Assembly (NCBI GenBank): GCA_965644265.1
Contig: OZ286471.1
Coordinates: 46,686,001 to 46,750,000, forward strand
DNA: 64,000 nt
From: Glycera tridactyla
Lineage: Eukaryota
Direction of reading: 5' to 3'
A model generated the notes under the pieces. The model worked only from the letters and a program-made list of their open reading frames with translations. It ran no database searches and had not been told where the DNA came from. Every line of letters begins with the position of its first letter. Position 1 is the stretch's first letter. Below, piece after piece: positions 62,801 to 64,000 of this stretch. The position numbers and the translations under genes are program-made.

Positions 62801-63774
62801 AATCTTTTTCTCATATCATGAATCCGGCAGAGGCTCTGCATGCCTTATATTCTACCGAGATAGGTGTGTGGTATTCTGACTGATATTCGACCAATTTTCA
62901 GCGATGGTATGTGGCCAGCCCCGGCCGACAACCCAGGCTCCTGGGACAACAACCGGTCGGGACTGCTTTATCCCGACTACAGGAGGGTCAGCTGGAGGGC
63001 AATCCGTATGCATCTTTCCTTTCTCCTACAAAGACAGGACTTATAGTGGCTGTTCCACAGAGGATAATGGTGGAATTGCATGGTGTTATACTTCATACAA
63101 TTACAGGAACGACCACTTGTGGGGAAATTGCGGAGGTATGACTAAACAGAGACCTACGTTTTTATATTGAACAGTAGACTCACATTTTTTGGATGATACT
63201 TTTGCTGGGAGTTGGTTTTTTTGAGTTGTATTTCAATCTCGATTGCATCTCCCGGTGGGCATAATATGAGTTGTCCCAGTTTGAAGATTGTGTGTTTTCT
63301 GAGTGCCCAAGTGAAATTCACAACTGTAAAGATTTTTGATATTGTCCATGAGAATTTGTTTTCGTTGATACGACATCAACCATGTTCTTTTTAAAAAGAT
63401 ACATGTAACGGGAACGGATCTTCAGTCTGGTTGATGTGGGTATTGAAGCATCTTTATGCCATTCGAATTTGAATCTAGAGAAACATTTGGATATTGTTTG
63501 AATGATGATTGTCATATCAGAAACTAATTTGTTTCCTCAGCATTGAGATGTGGTGAGCCACGTCCAACAACTCCGGCTGTCAGGTCCACTACCCGAGAAG
63601 GCTGTTGGTACTCCACCTATGGTGGTACAGCAGGCCAAGCATCTAGCTGCATATTTCCCTTCTCTTATAAGAATGAGTTGTATGTATCCTGCTCCACTGC
63701 GGACAATGGAAATGTTCCCTGGTGCTATACATCATACAACTACGCTGAGGACCATCTCTGGGGCAATTGCGGAG
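1..63774 (+). CDS. Giant multi-exon gene (or two adjacent paralogous genes) encoding a poly-FN2-like protein with Thr/Pro-rich linkers; 45 intact exons, 66 domains, about 5,450 aa within the window, open at both ends
   Basis: Repeated motif GG(T/S)A-x2-3-S(V/I)C(I/V)FPF-x-Y-x-G/N-x2-Y-x2-C-(S/T)-x2-DN-x-G-x-(P/A)WCYTS-x2-Y-x2-DHLWGNC. This matches the FN2 pattern C-x-FPF-x-Y...C...WC...WG-x-C known from MMP-2/9 and fibronectin. Each coding block lies between a pyrimidine-AG acceptor and a GT donor, all introns are phase 1, and all complete exon lengths are multiples of 3. Joining the exons into one transcript is inferred. Confidence 0.85.
881..1192 (+). CDS. FN2 exon, 1 domain with long Ser/Thr linker
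   Basis: tttcag|AG GAG GTA TGT ... TGT CAA G|gtagat; 312 nt. Confidence 0.9.
2266..2526 (+). CDS. FN2 exon, 1 domain
   Basis: tttcag|AG GAG GTT TGT ... TGT CAA G|gtagat; 261 nt. Confidence 0.9.
2750..4560 (-). mobile_element. Possible very decayed L2/CR1-type LINE relic
   Basis: Only faint minus-strand motifs, for example PSVDTIIH resembling the RT AFDTVDH and *NVH resembling the endonuclease GDFNVH; no ORF. Needs a translated repeat search. Confidence 0.2.
4698..5195 (+). CDS. FN2 exon, 2 domains
   Basis: catcag|AG GAG ATT TGT ... TGT CTA G|gtcagt; 498 nt. Confidence 0.88.
9149..9610 (+). CDS. FN2 exon, 2 domains
   Basis: tttcag|AC AGG GTA TGT ... TGT GAA G|gtgaat; 462 nt. Confidence 0.9.
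12370..17223 (+). CDS. Giant FN2 exon, 18 domains (1,618 codons)
   Basis: ttgcag|CT AGG GTT TGT ... TGC CAA G|gttggt; 4,854 nt open frame; 18 WCY...WG-x-C motifs counted in the 1636-aa ORF. Confidence 0.92.
12640..14606 (+). repeat. In-frame intra-exonic tandem duplication, period 1,011 bp (337 aa, 4 FN2 domains), about 2 copies
   Basis: cagtgactgacctcccaat at 12721 recurs at 13732. Shadow ORFs also repeat at +1011 (13303/14314, 13434/14445). By eye the copies differ only by scattered substitutions; the end points are approximate. Confidence 0.9.
17560..17900 (-). mobile_element. Possible decayed LINE RT C-terminal fragment
   Basis: Minus strand reads EIWLKGHL, then after a frameshift ENRKHKIRII, reminiscent of W-x4-L-x-LN-x2-KT-x2-II in CR1/L2 RT; weak. 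Confidence 0.2.
18204..18704 (+). CDS. FN2 exon, 2 domains
   Basis: tttcag|AT AAG GAA TGT ... TGT CTG C|gtgagt; 501 nt. Confidence 0.9.
19044..19289 (+). CDS. FN2 exon, 1 domain
   Basis: ctccag|CC CGT ATC TGT ... TGT CTA G|gtcagt; 246 nt. Confidence 0.88.
19581..19862 (+). CDS. FN2 exon, 1 divergent domain
   Basis: ttgtag|AG AAA GTT TGT ... TGT CTT G|gtgcgt; 282 nt. Confidence 0.88.
21117..21599 (+). CDS. FN2 exon, 2 domains
   Basis: tttcag|AG AGG GTC TGT ... TGT GAA G|gtgggt; 483 nt. Confidence 0.88.
23290..23336. repeat. (TA)n microsatellite, about 23 units, preceded by a CA-rich tract
   Basis: Read directly from the sequence. Confidence 0.95.
24465..24707 (+). CDS. FN2 exon, 1 divergent domain
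   Basis: ttacag|AT AAG GTC TGT ... WCSTTPDYFIQQEWGYC CTG G|gtatgt; 243 nt. Confidence 0.88.
25368..25526. other. Assembly gap or masked stretch, 159 N
   Basis: Run of N. Confidence 0.99.
25979..26428 (+). CDS. FN2 exon, 1 domain preceded by a long acidic Ser/Thr-rich segment
   Basis: tttcag|TT TCA AAA TGT ... TGT CAA G|gtatgt; 450 nt. The 5' boundary is less certain because an in-frame ATG lies at 25948. Confidence 0.75.
27850..28700 (-). mobile_element. Possible decayed L2/CR1-type LINE relic (endonuclease-to-RT linker)
   Basis: Minus strand RLYRWRNIDPD (28153-28185), then VLDRTVR and KPW (27995-28003), in the order of the YR..K.ID / LD.HAP / PW motifs of that linker; many frameshifts. 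Confidence 0.3.
29115..29330 (+). CDS. FN2 exon, 1 domain
   Basis: tttcag|AT TTC GTG TGT ... TGT GAG G|gtaagt; 216 nt. Confidence 0.9.
30315..30563 (+). CDS. FN2 exon, 1 domain
   Basis: tttcag|CT GAA ATT TGT ... TGT CAA G|gtatgt; 249 nt. Confidence 0.9.
31020..31238 (+). CDS. FN2 exon, 1 domain
   Basis: tttcag|AG GAA CAA TGC ... TGT CTA G|gtttgt; 219 nt. Confidence 0.88.
   Translation, partial: RNNAVLRFRRQQRQAVISLHMVELLGFPDVYFLSNTKGKLTRTISALLWTMMEHDGAIHPETIRMIISGEIV
31587..31847 (+). CDS. FN2 exon, 1 domain
   Basis: tttcag|CG GAG GTG TGC ... TGT CAA G|gtatgt; 261 nt. Confidence 0.9.
32501..32731 (+). CDS. FN2 exon, 1 domain
   Basis: ttgcag|AT GTG GTT TGC ... CAA G|gtatgt; 231 nt. Confidence 0.9.
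33077..33310 (+). CDS. FN2 exon, 1 domain
   Basis: ttgcag|CT TTG GTC TGT ... AGA G|gtaagc; 234 nt. Confidence 0.9.
33870..34103 (+). CDS. FN2 exon, 1 domain
   Basis: ccgtag|AT ATT GTA TGT ... GGA G|gtgcgt; 234 nt. Confidence 0.9.
34437..34670 (+). CDS. FN2 exon, 1 domain
   Basis: tttcag|AC TTG GTG TGT ... CAA G|gtatgt; 234 nt. Confidence 0.9.
35001..35234 (+). CDS. FN2 exon, 1 domain
   Basis: ttccag|CT TTG GTC TGT ... CAA G|gtatgc; 234 nt. Confidence 0.9.
35737..35826. repeat. (ATG)30 microsatellite, intronic
   Basis: Perfect 90-nt run about 100 nt upstream of the exon at 35928. Confidence 0.97.
35928..36167 (+). CDS. FN2 exon, 1 domain (WSNC subtype)
   Basis: ttatag|AT CTG GTT TGT ... 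GTA G|gtatgt; 240 nt. Confidence 0.9.
36559..36792 (+). CDS. FN2 exon, 1 domain
   Basis: tttcag|AA TTA ATC TGT ... CAA G|gtagaa; 234 nt. Confidence 0.9.
37205..37435 (+). CDS. FN2 exon, 1 domain
   Basis: tttcag|AG ATT GTG TGT ... GAT G|gtaggc; 231 nt. Confidence 0.9.
37688..37921 (+). CDS. FN2 exon, 1 domain
   Basis: ttgtag|AA TTG ATT TGT ... TTA G|gtagtg; 234 nt. Confidence 0.9.
38171..38401 (+). CDS. FN2 exon, 1 domain
   Basis: ttgcag|CG GTG GTT TGT ... CAA G|gtagga; 231 nt. Confidence 0.9.
38868..39098 (+). CDS. FN2 exon, 1 domain (WSNC subtype)
   Basis: ttgcag|AC TTA GTC TGC ... TAT G|gtagga; 231 nt. Confidence 0.9.
39401..39631 (+). CDS. FN2 exon, 1 domain
   Basis: cttcag|AG CTT GTC TGT ... 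CAA G|gtaggc; 231 nt. Confidence 0.9.
40155..40385 (+). CDS. FN2 exon, 1 domain
   Basis: ttacag|AT ATT GTA TGT ... CGA G|gtgcgt; 231 nt. Confidence 0.9.
41580..42110 (+). repeat. Degenerate tandem repeat, period 178 bp, about 3 copies
   Basis: atggccc..accaccag anchor at 41621, 41799 and 41977. Confidence 0.75.
42209..42957 (+). repeat. Minisatellite, 147-bp unit, 5 copies
   Basis: gaatgccagccatagat anchor at 42209, 42356, 42503, 42650 and 42808; the fourth unit carries an 11-bp insertion. Confidence 0.95.
43826..43912. promoter_or_regulatory. Two inverted YY1-consensus sites flanking an ETS-like core, in a CpG-rich patch
   Basis: CAAGATGGCGGC at 43826-43837, GCCGCCATCTTG at 43901-43912 and CTTCCGG at 43873-43879. 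Function unknown; may belong to a transposon. Confidence 0.35.
44972..46397. repeat. About 1.4-kb (GGT)n/CCAT simple satellite (ggtggtggtccat-like units)
   Basis: Read directly; strongly G/T-rich on the + strand; ends about 100 nt before the acceptor at 46496. Confidence 0.95.
46497..46730 (+). CDS. FN2 exon, 1 domain
   Basis: ttgcag|AT TTG GTA TGT ... CGA G|gtacat; 234 nt. Confidence 0.9.
47040..47270 (+). CDS. FN2 exon, 1 domain
   Basis: ttgtag|CA TTG GTC TGT ... CAA G|gtatga; 231 nt. Confidence 0.9.
47641..47820 (+). pseudogene. Decayed FN2 exon (pseudoexon) with an internal deletion and in-frame stops, but intact splice dinucleotides
   Basis: tttcag|AT CTG GTG TGT GGG CAG reads LVCGQ...RDC. 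The GG..CIFPF segment is deleted, and in-frame TGA (47736) and TAA (47742) follow. The end reads CYTSYNHEDDHLWGNCG C|gtgagt; 180 nt. Confidence 0.85.
48185..48418 (+). CDS. FN2 exon, 1 domain
   Basis: ttacag|AG TTG GTC TGT ... AGA G|gtgata; 234 nt. Confidence 0.9.
48583..48813 (+). CDS. FN2 exon, 1 domain
   Basis: ttacag|AT TTG GTT TGT ... GGA G|gtatgg; 231 nt. Confidence 0.9.
49190..49423 (+). CDS. FN2 exon, 1 domain
   Basis: cttcag|GC TTG GTT TGT ... GGA G|gtatgt; 234 nt. Confidence 0.9.
50349..52024 (+). mobile_element. Helentron-associated (HINE/DINE-1-like) non-autonomous element with internal tandem repeats
   Basis: 5' palindrome tatgtctacccc-ctgat-ggggtagacata followed by a GTCY microsatellite (gtccgtctgtccgtctgtctgtc). 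Internal repeats at about 50920-51140 (period about 158) and about 51220-51540. The 3' end has ggggagacata, a hairpin agtgagg..cttcact and ctagtt at about 51980-52024, with TT at both junctions. Confidence 0.65.
50757..50915. other. Assembly gap or masked stretch, 159 N
   Basis: Run of N, the same length as the gap at 25368. Confidence 0.99.
52867..53043. mobile_element. Tc1/mariner-pogo-type MITE, 177 bp
   Basis: TA|CAGTGAAACCTGC ... GCAGGTTTCATGG|TA: imperfect terminal inverted repeats with TA flanks; internal gagagac(c) repeated four times. Confidence 0.75.
54725..54955 (+). CDS. FN2 exon, 1 domain (WSNC subtype)
   Basis: ttccag|CA TTG GTT TGT ... TTG G|gtaggc; 231 nt. Confidence 0.9.
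55250..55483 (+). CDS. FN2 exon, 1 domain
   Basis: ttttag|AA TTG GTC TGT ... GGA G|gtatgt; 234 nt. Confidence 0.9.
56320..56553 (+). CDS. FN2 exon, 1 domain
   Basis: attcag|CC TTG GTC TGT ... CAA G|gtgggt; 234 nt. Confidence 0.9.
56881..57114 (+). CDS. FN2 exon, 1 domain
   Basis: ttgcag|CT ATG ATC TGT ... AGA G|gtgcgt; 234 nt. Confidence 0.9.
58020..58253 (+). CDS. FN2 exon, 1 domain
   Basis: ttacag|AG TTG GTT TGT ... CAA G|gtatgc; 234 nt. Confidence 0.9.
58535..58768 (+). CDS. FN2 exon, 1 domain
   Basis: ttctag|AA TTG AGA TGT ... GGA G|gtagga; 234 nt. Confidence 0.9.
59280..59510 (+). CDS. FN2 exon, 1 domain (WSNC subtype)
   Basis: ttttag|CG TTG GTC TGT ... TGG G|gtatgc; 231 nt. Confidence 0.9.
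60382..60615 (+). pseudogene. Decayed FN2 exon: acceptor lost, two Cys lost, stop codon
   Basis: ctttgg|CA TTG GTA TGT has GG where AG is expected. It still spans 234 nt to G|gtctgc. WCY has become WDY, and the final Cys codon has become TAG (60609-60611). Confidence 0.85.
60969..61167 (+). pseudogene. Heavily decayed FN2 exon
   Basis: Reads LVCGPTT..GGTSGQ..LCIISFYYKN, then after a frameshift SCFSVDSSGTP*GYT*YDYRNDYL*; boundaries approximate. Confidence 0.7.
61190..61526 (+). pseudogene. Decayed FN2 exon fragments
   Basis: EDCCIQTYGGTAMAAYVC, frameshift, FTYNDTTYRG*SAADDRNTTW; a separate 3' fragment CYTSHNYCEDHIWGNCR G|gt lies at 61475-61526. This could be one interrupted copy or two. Confidence 0.7.
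61794..62024 (+). CDS. FN2 exon, 1 domain
   Basis: tttcag|AG TTG GTC TGT ... GAA G|gtatga; 231 nt. Confidence 0.9.
62375..62608 (+). CDS. FN2 exon, 1 domain
   Basis: ttgtag|CG GTT GTC TGT ... CAA G|gttagt; 234 nt. Confidence 0.9.
62902..63135 (+). CDS. FN2 exon, 1 domain
   Basis: tttcag|CG ATG GTA TGT ... GGA G|gtatga; 234 nt. Confidence 0.9.
63541..63774 (+). CDS. FN2 exon, 1 domain
   Basis: cctcag|CA TTG AGA TGT ... GGA G|gtaggt; 234 nt; ends in a donor, so the gene continues beyond the window. Confidence 0.9.
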
Positions 63775-64000
63775 GTAGGTCTCTACCTTGCATATTGAAC
63801 AAATATGAGTGAAATTCAGTCCCAGATTAAGCATTGCACCCATGATCAGCTAACAGCAGCACCGGGCTGGAATCATATTTGTACATCAACAATCACATAG
63901 ATGCATTCAACTATCGTCGAGATCTTGTCGGAAGTCATGGTGACAGTAGTCATCGTGGTTATGATGGTTGTTGATGTGGCAACGACTATGATGGCAGGTG

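Noticed and set aside
32501-63774. Regularly spaced repeats with unique spacers (CRISPR-like at a glance)
   Set aside because: The repeats are 231-234-nt protein-coding exons with AG/GT boundaries and the spacers are introns; the DNA is eukaryotic and no cas genes are present.
4598-63812. ATG/TTG/GTG-started ORFs in the ORF track taken as separate small FN2 genes
   Set aside because: Their N- and C-terminal extensions are intron read-through. Homology starts right after an AG and ends at a G|GT in constant phase, and they lack signal peptides.
1-64000. Assigning a known gene symbol (MMP2, MMP9, FN1, MRC1, ELSPBP1)
   Set aside because: No catalytic, FN1/FN3, C-type lectin or ricin domain is visible, and the domain number far exceeds those proteins.

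Overview
Eukaryotic, AT-rich, intron-containing metazoan DNA, probably from an invertebrate (the species cannot be determined from the window). Almost the whole window is one + strand exon array encoding tandem fibronectin type II (FN2)-like domains separated by Thr/Pro-rich linkers that each carry two extra Cys. I mapped 45 intact exons (the first is truncated by the window edge). Every complete exon is bounded by AG/GT, has a length divisible by 3 and is flanked by phase-1 introns. Joined, they give about 16,350 nt, roughly 5,450 codons, with 66 FN2-like domains, and the reading frame is open at both window ends. No start or stop exon is securely visible. The 4.7-21.6 kb block has exons of 1-18 domains, including a 4,854-nt exon with 18 domains and an internal 1,011-bp duplication. 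From 26 kb onward there are 34 single-domain exons, mostly 231 or 234 nt, plus about 4-5 decayed exon copies. Introns contain non-autonomous transposon-like elements with internal tandem repeats, a TA-flanked MITE, possible LINE relics, simple repeats and two 159-N gaps. Whether all exons belong to one transcript, and whether they are alternatively spliced, needs RNA data.
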